Shown: positions 37,630 to 45,169 of the stretch, one piece after another
How the letters are laid out: every line of letters begins with the position of its first letter
Position numbering within the stretch: position 1 is the stretch's first letter
NCBI GenBank assembly: GCA_049510295.1
Contig: JBEKZC010000016.1
Span: forward strand, 1,316-65,315
DNA from: Verrucomicrobiota bacterium
GTDB taxonomy: Bacteria > Verrucomicrobiota > Verrucomicrobiia > Limisphaerales > UBA11358
Length of the DNA: 64,000 nucleotides
Direction of reading: 5' to 3'
Made by a program: the position numbers and the translations under genes
Notes under the pieces: model-generated
The model's input: only the letters and a program-made list of their open reading frames with translations
What the model was told of the DNA's origin: nothing
Database searches by the model: none

Positions 37630-38622
37630 TTATAATGCTTGGAATATCTGGTCAAAGACGCCGCCGTCGGCGAAATGGGTTTTCTGCGCTTTCTGCCAGC
37701 CACCCGCGATTTCATCCACCGTGAACAACTCCAGCGGTTTATATCGCGTGGAATATCTCGCAAGGATGGTTTGGTTTTGGGGACGGAAAAAATGTTGGGC
37801 AGCCAGTTCCTGTCCGGCATCGCTGTATAGATATTCGAGATAGGCGCGCGAAACGGCCTCGGTATGATGCCGTCTCACGTTGCGATCCACCCAGGTGACG
37901 GGGTTTTCTGCAAGAATGCTCACGGGCGGTAGCACAACAACCAGTCCGTCGTCGGGAAATTGTTTCTGAACCAGCGCGGCCTCGTTTTCAAAAGTCAGCA
38001 GCACATCCCCGATTCCGCGATCGGCAAAAGTCGTCGTCGCGCCGCGTCCGCCGGTGTCGAGCACAGGCACGTTGGCGAAGAGTTTCGCCACAAACGCGCG
38101 CGCCTGCTTCTCGTCACCGGCGGATTTCTTCAGCGCATATCCCCACGCCGCCAAATAACTGTAGCGACCATTGCCGGAGGTTTTCGGATTCGGAATGACA
38201 ACCGATACATCAGAACGGACAAGGTCGTCCCAATTTCTGATGTTCTTCGGATTGCCTTTGCGAACCACAAAGACAATTGTCGAAGTGTAAGGCACGCTGT
38301 TGTTCGGCAAACGCGATGACCAATTTGCCGGAATTAAATCAACCGAATGTAAAATATCAATGTCCGGCGGCTGGTTCATCGTTACCACGTCCGCTTCGAG
38401 TCCATTGACCACGGATTGCGCCTGCTTGCTTGAACCGCCATGAGATTGATTGATCGTCACGGCTTCCCCGGTTTTCTCCTTCCAATACGCCGCGAAAGCC
38501 TGATTGTAATCCTGATAGAATTCCCGCGTAACGTCGTAGGAAACGTTCAGCAGTTTGGTTTCCTTCGCGCTTGCGGAAATGGCAAGGGTCGAAACCAGCA
38601 GAATTTTCAGAAAGGTTTTCAC
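37630..38622 (-). CDS. sbp: sulfate/thiosulfate-binding periplasmic protein
   Basis: 'LLNVSYDVTREFYQDYNQAFAAYWKEKTGEAVTINQSHGGSSKQAQSVVNGLEADVVT' closely parallels E. coli Sbp. Confidence 0.9.
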   Translation of the reverse strand: MKTFLKILLVSTLAISASAKETKLLNVSYDVTREFYQDYNQAFAAYWKEKTGEAVTINQSHGGSSKQAQSVVNGLEADVVTMNQPPDIDILHSVDLIPANWSSRLPNNSVPYTSTIVFVVRKGNPKNIRNWDDLVRSDVSVVIPNPKTSGNGRYSYLAAWGYALKKSAGDEKQARAFVAKLFANVPVLDTGGRGATTTFADRGIGDVLLTFENEAALVQKQFPDDGLVVVLPPVSILAENPVTWVDRNVRRHHTEAVSRAYLEYLYSDAGQELAAQHFFRPQNQTILARYSTRYKPLELFTVDEIAGGWQKAQKTHFADGGVFDQIFQAL

Positions 38623-38649
38623 GCGTTATGGGTTCGGGTTCCGTTTTGA

Positions 38650-40197
38650 CTAAAACGACAGTTGAATTCTGGTGAAGAAAACATCTTCCGGATGCTGCGT
38701 TACCGCTGCTGGCACGCTCGTGCCCGCGCCTCCACCGCCCGTAAAAGTCGTGCGCGAAAAGCTTGCGTTCACGCGAATGTTACTGTTGAGATACCAGTTC
38801 AGCCCGATCGCCCAGGCATGCGCCTCCGAAGCTGACGTGGCCGGGTTGGCAAAAACCGGGAACGCCGCCTTGTCCACGTCCAGTTCCGCGTAACGCGCCA
38901 CTAGTTGCAACGCACCCCAACCGCCATTTCTGGGATCGAAGGGATGGCGCGGCGTCACACCGTTGAAGGTGGCGTCTTCGCCCGTCAATACCCAGCCGCC
39001 GTCAATTTCCCATGCCGTGTTCTTCAAATTTGCAGTCTGGAGAGTGGCACTATTCTCAACCCCTTGATCTGAAACTACATATTCGCCCAATAAACCAAAC
39101 GGGCCGTAATAATAATACCCTTGGGGCGAAAGCCGCCAGTGCGTGCCGTGTGCCATCACCCCGCCAGTGGTCGGATTGTAGGCAAAGAACTGTTGCTGCC
39201 CGTCCGTGAAATATCCCGGCTGTGAGCCGCCAGTGGTGTTGGGCAGACCGAGGATGTTGGTGACGGAAGAATCCCCCCAACTGCCGCCAACGCCAAATCC
39301 CAGGTTTTGCAGCGGCTTGTAGCTCGTTAGTTTGAACGGCTGGATAAACAATCGCCCGTCAAATTCCCGATCATCCTGAAAGCCAGTGTTGCTCGAGTTG
39401 CGGGCGTCACCCACGCCATTGAAGATGCCTACAGCATAACTCAACACGCCGCCGGCAATGTCACCGTGCAGTTCGAAACCCAAGTCCCGGTTCGGCACCA
39501 GATCGGTGACCAGCGAACGCTCATTGAAGGAGGTGTTAACGTCCGCTTGCAATTGTTCCAGCCCGACCGGCGCTTTGAATTTACCCGCCTGAATCTGGAA
39601 CGCGGGCGAGTAGCGATAATTCACATAGGCATCGAAGATGCTTGGCGTGGTGGCCGAACTGGAAGCACCGGGTGTGCCGTTGCCGAAATCCGGCACGAAA
39701 AGGAAGTCAAAGTCGTGATACACGGTCCCGGAAAGGATTGGCCGTGCTCGACGCAACAAGATACTGTCGTTGCCCGGCACGTTGTTGTTTTGCTGGAAAG
39801 TGCGGCTGTCCACCTGTAATACCCCATGCAGCGAAATGGAAAAATTCGTGTCGGCGGAACTAAAGTTGACTCCGTTCGCACCCACGGCCAGACGCGGCTG
39901 CGCCTTGGCTGACGTCGCCGCCGCGTCCTGATCATTCTCGCGCAGACGTTCAAGAATGCGAACCTTCTGGTCGAGTGCCTGAACCTGCTCATTGGAAGAG
40001 TTCGTGGCTGCCTGCTGCTTCGCGTCGTTCCGCTCTTCCAGAGCCTGAACCTTTTGGTCGAGTGCCTGGATTTCCTGCTTCAAGGCTTGAATCTCGGCAG
40101 CCTCCGTGGAGTTGGTGGCGGTGCCGTCGTCGGCAAACAGCGGGAAGGCGAATAGCAACCCGGTAATGGCTGCGAATATCAATCTGTTTAGTTTCAT
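38650..40197 (-). CDS. OprO/OprP-type anion-selective porin
   Basis: 515 aa with a signal peptide, the N-terminal coiled coil 'AEIQALKQEIQALDQKVQALEE', a Porin_O_P-like barrel and a terminal '...RIQLSF'. Confidence 0.8.
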   Translation of the reverse strand: MKLNRLIFAAITGLLFAFPLFADDGTATNSTEAAEIQALKQEIQALDQKVQALEERNDAKQQAATNSSNEQVQALDQKVRILERLRENDQDAAATSAKAQPRLAVGANGVNFSSADTNFSISLHGVLQVDSRTFQQNNNVPGNDSILLRRARPILSGTVYHDFDFLFVPDFGNGTPGASSSATTPSIFDAYVNYRYSPAFQIQAGKFKAPVGLEQLQADVNTSFNERSLVTDLVPNRDLGFELHGDIAGGVLSYAVGIFNGVGDARNSSNTGFQDDREFDGRLFIQPFKLTSYKPLQNLGFGVGGSWGDSSVTNILGLPNTTGGSQPGYFTDGQQQFFAYNPTTGGVMAHGTHWRLSPQGYYYYGPFGLLGEYVVSDQGVENSATLQTANLKNTAWEIDGGWVLTGEDATFNGVTPRHPFDPRNGGWGALQLVARYAELDVDKAAFPVFANPATSASEAHAWAIGLNWYLNSNIRVNASFSRTTFTGGGGAGTSVPAAVTQHPEDVFFTRIQLSF

Positions 40198-40220
40198 TTC
40201 TTGATTTCATATTCATTCGA

Positions 40221-40240
40221 CCTCCGGTTTTTCCGGTCGG
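40221..40240 (-). promoter_or_regulatory. leader motif copy f
   Basis: The plus strand reads 'cctccggtttttccggtcgg'. Confidence 0.45.
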
Positions 40241-40258
40241 GATTTTTTTGTTTTTTTG

Positions 40259-40277
40259 CCTCCAGTGCTCCGGTCGG
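40259..40277 (-). promoter_or_regulatory. leader motif copy g
   Basis: The plus strand reads 'cctccagtgctccggtcgg', 2 nt after the stop of the YezD-like gene. It is in tandem with copy f across an A-rich spacer. Confidence 0.45.
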
Positions 40278-40279
40278 CG

Positions 40280-40468
40280 CTATTCTTTTTGAGCTGGCGG
40301 CTTCTCCAGCCGCACGCGTTCGGTCTTTTCAATTTGAATCACACGCGAATCATGAATGACAATTTCCACCACGCCGTAACGCAATGAACCAACGTGTTGA
40401 ATAACCAATTCCAGCCACTTCAGATCGTCGCTGCTATTCGTTTTTGTCTCTTTGATCCCTTCACTCAT
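40280..40468 (-). CDS. YezD-like (DUF2292) small protein
   Basis: 62 aa. 'GSLRYGVVEIVIHDSRVIQIEKTERVR' matches the YezD pattern seen in sulfur-metabolism operons. Confidence 0.6.
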   Translation of the reverse strand: MSEGIKETKTNSSDDLKWLELVIQHVGSLRYGVVEIVIHDSRVIQIEKTERVRLEKPPAQKE

Positions 40469-40625
40469 ATAAAATGTTTTTATTGCTTAATATGTTTAAC
40501 ATCTATTTAACTGGTCGTCATTTGATTCAAATAAAAAGCCAACTTTAATTCACAGATTTTCAAAACGGCTAACATTGCCATTAAGGTCATCGTATTTTAC
40601 TTGCATGACATCCATTTCGATTTCA

Positions 40626-40650
40626 AATAGCGACTTACATTGTCGTTATT
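40626..40650. promoter_or_regulatory. candidate Rrf2-type operator (best palindrome)
   Basis: 'AATAGCGAC-ttacatt-GTCGTTATT'. Compare the IscR type-1 logic ATA..GACT...AGTC..TAT. Confidence 0.45.
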
Positions 40651-40694
40651 ATCGGCAAATTATTGGAGATGTCAACTGACTTTTTCATTTATTT

Positions 40695-41156
40695 TTAGAT
40701 GCCTTCCCCGCCGATGAAGCCGGCCGAAACCTCGCGTTTGGAAACCGGCGCGCCCTTTGCAACCTCGGCCAGAGTCGCCTTGTCCATTAGTCCGGCCACA
40801 TAATTTCGCGCGTCGAGGAAAACGCGGCGGAACCGGCAGACCGGCTCTTGTGAACAACGCTGGTAGCCAGTCAGCGAAACGCAGTCAATCGGCGCTAAAA
40901 TGCCGTCAAAATGCCTCACCACCTCGCCCATTGTAATTTGGGCGGGACTTTTGGCGAGTATGTAACCGCCGCGGATTCCGGCGGCGCTGTTCACCCAGCC
41001 CTGCGCCTTGAGGTCCAGCATAATCTGCTCCAGAAAGCGCTTGGGAACATCATTCCGCCGGGCAAGCTCCCGAATGGGTATCGGCGCACCTCCAAAATGA
41101 TCCACGAGCGTGAACAAGGAGCGCAGCGCATAATCAGTCTTCTTTGAAACTCGCAT
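40695..41156 (-). CDS. Rrf2-family transcriptional regulator (CymR/IscR-like)
   Basis: 'MRVSKKTDYALRSLFTLV...PIPIRELARRNDVPKRFLEQIMLDLKAQGWV.S..G.RGGY.LA' and a Cys cluster (C..C.....C). The start is at the internal ATG at 41156. Confidence 0.85.
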   Translation of the reverse strand: MRVSKKTDYALRSLFTLVDHFGGAPIPIRELARRNDVPKRFLEQIMLDLKAQGWVNSAAGIRGGYILAKSPAQITMGEVVRHFDGILAPIDCVSLTGYQRCSQEPVCRFRRVFLDARNYVAGLMDKATLAEVAKGAPVSKREVSAGFIGGEGI

Positions 41157-41162
41157 ATCAAT

Positions 41163-41185
41163 ATACACGATAAAATAAGTCATAT
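41163..41185. promoter_or_regulatory. weaker operator-like palindrome upstream of the Rrf2 gene
   Basis: 'ACGAT-aaaataa-GTCAT'. Confidence 0.25.
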
Positions 41186-41367
41186 TTAAGTCAACAGATA
41201 TTACGGATTTTTCGGAGCGGAGTTGACTTAACTGATGATCCAATAAACTTCGTCGAGTAAGATGAAACCAAAGCCCGTCGCCACCGCACAAGTGGTCTGC
41301 CCCAGTTGAGATTTGGACAGTTTGAAAGGCCTGAATAACCTTATGCAAATGAACCCAGATCCACCCG

Positions 41368-42531
41368 TCAAGCGCGGGCGTTGTCAAGTTCAGCTTCGAT
41401 TTCCGCCACAGTCGGCAGGCTGCCTTTCAAATTCCTGGGCAGGGATTCAACCAGTTTGGTCTGCCATTGGGCGACACCGATGGGCTTTTTCAAATCGCGC
41501 AGCGCATACTCAACGGTCAGATGGTCACGTTCCTTGCACAGCAGCAGGCCGATGGACGGTCTGTCATCGGCATGGCGCAACTGGTCGTCCACCGCTGAAA
41601 GGTAAAAATTCATCTTGCCCGCAAATTCCGGCTCGAAAGCCTTCATTTTCAGATCAATCACGACATAGCAGCGCAGTTGCAGGTGGTAAAACAGCAGGTC
41701 GAGATAATAATCCTGGCCGCTGATCTCCATGTGATATTGCCGGCCGACAAACGCGAAGCCGACGCCGAGTTCGAGCAGGAATTTCTGGATGTGGTCAAGC
41801 AAACCCTGTTCGAGGTCGCGCTCGTGCGCGTCGCTGCGGATCGTGAGGAAATCGAAATTGTATGGGTCTTTGAGCGTTTGCTCAGCGAGGTCGGACTGCG
41901 GGGGCGGCAGGGTGCGCTGGAAATTGGTAACGGCTTTGCCTTCGCGTTTGTGCAGTTGCGTCTCAATGTGGTGCGTGAGCACCGCGCGTGACCAGCCATG
42001 TTCGATGACTTTGTGAGCATACCAGAGCCGGATGAGCGGGGTTTTCAATTTGGCCAGCAAAACCAAATTATGTCCCCAAGGGATTTCCGCCACAGGTTGC
42101 GGCAAATTTGATCCAGCCAATTCTCCAACAAGCTGTGGGAGAATCTTCGAGGTGGATTCTCCAACAGGCTGTTGGAGTTTTTGAAGTTCCTTGGTCCAAG
42201 CGAGATAAAAACTCCGCATATACCAGACGTTTTGCGGCGAGAAACCCGCCGTGCCGGGGAATTCCTTTTGCAGGTCTTCCGCCAACCGCTCCACCACCTG
42301 CTTGCCGTAGCCTTTGGTCTTTTGCGCCTCGACAATGATTCTACCGATGTCCCAATAAAGCAGAATCAACTCGCGGTTGATGGAAACCACCGCGCGAAGT
42401 TGCGCCGCGCGGACCCGCGCCTTGAGGTCGGCGAGCAAATTGGCATAACCGACAGGAAGCGCGGCGGATGGTTTGCCATCCTGTCCGCTGATCTTTGCCA
42501 AACCTGTGGCTGTTGTTTTTCGTTTCGTCAT
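41368..42531 (-). CDS. DUF1016 / YhcG-family PD-(D/E)xK nuclease-domain protein
   Basis: 387 aa with 'INRELILLYWDIGRII' and 'YLDLLFYHLQLRCYVVIDLKMKAFEPEFAGKMNFYLSAVDD'. Confidence 0.85.
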   Translation of the reverse strand: MTKRKTTATGLAKISGQDGKPSAALPVGYANLLADLKARVRAAQLRAVVSINRELILLYWDIGRIIVEAQKTKGYGKQVVERLAEDLQKEFPGTAGFSPQNVWYMRSFYLAWTKELQKLQQPVGESTSKILPQLVGELAGSNLPQPVAEIPWGHNLVLLAKLKTPLIRLWYAHKVIEHGWSRAVLTHHIETQLHKREGKAVTNFQRTLPPPQSDLAEQTLKDPYNFDFLTIRSDAHERDLEQGLLDHIQKFLLELGVGFAFVGRQYHMEISGQDYYLDLLFYHLQLRCYVVIDLKMKAFEPEFAGKMNFYLSAVDDQLRHADDRPSIGLLLCKERDHLTVEYALRDLKKPIGVAQWQTKLVESLPRNLKGSLPTVAEIEAELDNARA

Positions 42532-42853
42532 ACAAAATGTTCGCCTGCCATTCCGCTCACAACAATCCTGAACCGATTTCGGAAACTTCGGACATGATGC
42601 CGAATTTTGCCGGTGTTGAAAAGTTTTTCGCGCACATGACTTTCAAGGTGTCCGGTGCTGCTGGCCATACTTGTCGCAAGCAATTCTCCACGCGCCAAAT
42701 CCTAAACGCAAAACTCCCGGAGCCGGGCGGCGGGTCAACGGTGGAGCAGTTCGACTATGAGGACTGACAACCTTGACGCGACGACCGGCGACATACAATT
42801 GAATCTGGATTGGCGCGCGTTCTTGCCCACGCGACTGCGCCCATGAGCAAAGC

Positions 42854-43438
42854 TCAATGAATCCAATAATGGCCGATGCAAAGTCCATAGCCGAGAGCCA
42901 GCAAAAACCAAGCGACCGACCGAAGCATCACCCGCCACGCGAAACGGTCCTGCAAGTCATTGGAGACTTGTTCCAACCGTTCGCATTGAGCCGTGGTGCT
43001 GGCCTTGATGTTTTCCCATTCAACCACCGCACTTTCCATCAAAATTTTGACCCGCCTTGCGACTGCCTCCGCGTCGGCAAGCTGCACCTGGATTTGTTCC
43101 GCCGCCTGCCGGGTTGCCTGAATGTGAATTTCGACGGTTTTTTTCAACTCCTTGTTCTGGCCGTCCACCGTGCCGGCAAAATCATCGGCCATTGCCCGAC
43201 TCTGCCGCCGGTATTCAGCCAGATGCAGTTCGATCAATTTGCGGGCATCATTCATCAAACGCGGCAGATTGGCCGCGATGCGCCATTGCGCCCTGGTCAA
43301 CAACGCCAGTTGCACCGGGAAATTGCTATCCGGCCCGACATTCCATTCGTGCAGCAGCCGGTGAACCCGGTCCACTTCATCCGTGGTCAGCCCGGCGCAC
43401 AGCGCCGCCAAATCATCTTTATCCAAGTCCATACTCAT
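42854..43438 (-). CDS. coiled-coil protein with a C-terminal TM helix (occupies the TraM position)
   Basis: About 195 aa from the ATG at 43438, which overlaps the upstream stop by ATGA. I recognise no family. Confidence 0.5.
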   Translation of the reverse strand: MSMDLDKDDLAALCAGLTTDEVDRVHRLLHEWNVGPDSNFPVQLALLTRAQWRIAANLPRLMNDARKLIELHLAEYRRQSRAMADDFAGTVDGQNKELKKTVEIHIQATRQAAEQIQVQLADAEAVARRVKILMESAVVEWENIKASTTAQCERLEQVSNDLQDRFAWRVMLRSVAWFLLALGYGLCIGHYWIH

Positions 43439-44262
43439 TCGCCCAAGTTGAGCATCGGGTGTTTTAGGCGGGCAGGCTTTGTCGCCGGTTCCGGCTGTGA
43501 TTCGACCTCCGGCATCTGTTGCTCTGGCACCAGCTGATCGGCAAGGGCGCCGTATTGCCGGAACATCTGCTGCATCGCCCATTGCATTTCACCGGCCAGC
43601 ATCAATTCAAGATGCGGTGCGCCGGGCGTAGCCACTTCCGCAAAACTCAACTTGCGCCCCGCCTTGGCCTCGGCGCGTTTGATCGCCAGCAACGTGATGG
43701 AAGTCACCACCGGCAATATCAGTTCCTTCGCGCCAAACTTCTTCAACTCGGCCTCGATGTTGGATTTTTTGAACAGGTTCGTCCGCACTTTCGCCGGATT
43801 GTGGACAATCACATAATCCACGCGGTCGCCCGCGAAATAAAACAGGTCGAGCAGATTGTTCATGCTCTCGGTGTCCTCGCTGGGAAACAGGAAAAAAGTG
43901 AATCGGATGCCCTGCGTGGCGAGCGATTCGAGCAATTGCAACGACTCCAGCGCCTGCACGATGAGGCCGTCGGCTTGCGCCCGGCAATCAATGACGTGAA
44001 CCGGCGCGTCACTGCGCGACACGTTACGAAACAATCCGAGCAGGGTGGATTTGCTGTCGTCGTCATTGCCCAAAACATAGGACTGCACCTGTTCGGGATG
44101 GCGGTCGGCAAACGAATGGTGCCGGTCATCGAGGTCGGAGCCGTTCCACTGGATGCCGTGATAATCGAGCCAGGCGGTGCGGAATTCAGCCTCGAAACTT
44201 TTACCGAGGCTGCCTTTGGATTGGGGATTGATGTGGATGCGTTTGGTGATGTTGGTGTTCAT
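43435..44262 (-). CDS. ParA/MinD-like P-loop protein with a deviant Walker A (TraL-like position)
   Basis: 275 aa. The 'NPQSKGSLGKS' near the N-terminus resembles KGGxGKS. It is translationally coupled to both neighbouring genes. Confidence 0.45.
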   Translation of the reverse strand: MNTNITKRIHINPQSKGSLGKSFEAEFRTAWLDYHGIQWNGSDLDDRHHSFADRHPEQVQSYVLGNDDDSKSTLLGLFRNVSRSDAPVHVIDCRAQADGLIVQALESLQLLESLATQGIRFTFFLFPSEDTESMNNLLDLFYFAGDRVDYVIVHNPAKVRTNLFKKSNIEAELKKFGAKELILPVVTSITLLAIKRAEAKAGRKLSFAEVATPGAPHLELMLAGEMQWAMQQMFRQYGALADQLVPEQQMPEVESQPEPATKPARLKHPMLNLGE

Positions 44263-44621
44263 GTGAATTCTTGGTCGGTGTTAATTTTTGAAAGGTTCGG
44301 ACGGTTGAAAGCGTTTTGTTGCGGCAACGGCGATTGGCGTGATTGCGGCTGGCTGGCCGCTGCGTTGGGGCGGGCGGGTTGGAATTCGGAATTATTTTCC
44401 GCATCTTCCCAATGCGGTTTGGTCGCCCGCTTCAATCTGCGCCGGTAAAATAGATACGGAGCATGAAACGTGACGCGGATGCCCTTTTCACTCAACAGCA
44501 AGTCGGCGATTTCCTGCCACGTCTTGCGCCGTTGGCGCAGTTCGCGGATGAAATCGAAGTGCGGTTCCAAAATGCTATGGAACGGTTTGCCGCCGCGTTT
44601 TTGATGTGCCGTTTCAGTCAT
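44259..44621 (-). CDS. small putative DNA-binding protein (TraK/MobC-like position)
   Basis: 120 aa. 'FDFIRELRQRRKTWQEIADLL' is HTH-like. It is the first gene next to the repeat-dense region. Confidence 0.45.
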   Translation of the reverse strand: MTETAHQKRGGKPFHSILEPHFDFIRELRQRRKTWQEIADLLLSEKGIRVTFHAPYLFYRRRLKRATKPHWEDAENNSEFQPARPNAAASQPQSRQSPLPQQNAFNRPNLSKINTDQEFT

Positions 44622-44700
44622 CGCCGGACAGGATAGCCCGATAATGAAAAACGGCGGCTGAGAGCAGGTGAAAGTTAAAGTGAGATGAAATCACGCCGCA

Positions 44701-44819
44701 GGTAGCGGCAAAGGGCGACAATTGGCGACAAATTCAACTGACGAAAAGCGGCAAGTGCCGACGAAATGTCGGTAGCGGATGCGACGAAAAGTGACAAATG
44801 CGTTGTCGCCTTTCGTCGC
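44701..44819. promoter_or_regulatory. repeat-dense oriT-like or operator region
   Basis: A 17-bp imperfect inverted repeat (44781..44797 and 44803..44819, 15/17 matching). The palindrome 'ccgac-gaaat-gtcgg' (44758..44772). The tandem 'GGCGACAAnT' (44714..44734). 'GGTAGCGG' occurs twice. Confidence 0.35.
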
Positions 44820-45100
44820 TTTTAGTTGCCTGGTTTCTGGTTGCGTTTTTTACTACCGATTTTGGTAGGGGATGGTGTCTCGAAAAAATTGAGGCTTTCA
44901 AATTTCAGAAAGCCGTCAGAATCGCGTTCGGCTGAACGTATCAAATTGGATGATGATGGGCGCACTGAACGGGCGTTCTGAAACCGGCAGCGAAACGGAG
45001 CAGGTCGGGAGTGGCATGAACGAACGACGGCGGAGTGGAGCGCGGTTTTAGAACGACCGGTGAGTGCGTGACCGTCTAGGTTTCACTTGAGGCGATTTGT

Positions 45101-45138
45101 CTGGCCGGTTGCTGAATACCTGGAAGCAAGCCGGCCAG
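45101..45138 (-). terminator. stem-loop downstream of jetD
   Basis: 'ctggccggttgc...gcaagccggccag' forms a 12-bp stem with one bulge. No clear U-tract follows. Confidence 0.35.
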
Positions 45139-45169
45139 TCAAAGCGCCGTTACTGTCGTTAGCTATTGG

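Noticed and set aside
39989-40216. 75-aa ORF starting 4 nt after motif copy f and overlapping the porin start out of frame
   Set aside because: The translation is Arg/His-rich nonsense over a confident porin signal peptide. At most its first few codons might be translated as a uORF. It shares Lys4 with the three K4/C8 uORFs but has no Cys at codon 8.
40695-41387. Over-extended N-termini in the ORF track. Examples: the Rrf2 gene from 41387, ExbD from 26269, the TraM-position gene from 43582, M14 from 37820, metY from 12695, TpsA from 32213 and the 6833..7165 small gene.
   Set aside because: The extensions overlap upstream genes or promoters and lack family similarity. Internal ATGs give canonical N-termini and tidy gene junctions.
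42647-42667. 'ggtgtccg' plus 'gctgctggcca' as a possible left att arm of the mobilisable element
   Set aside because: These are only 8-11 nt words, no 22-nt core is nearby, and the matches are at chance level.
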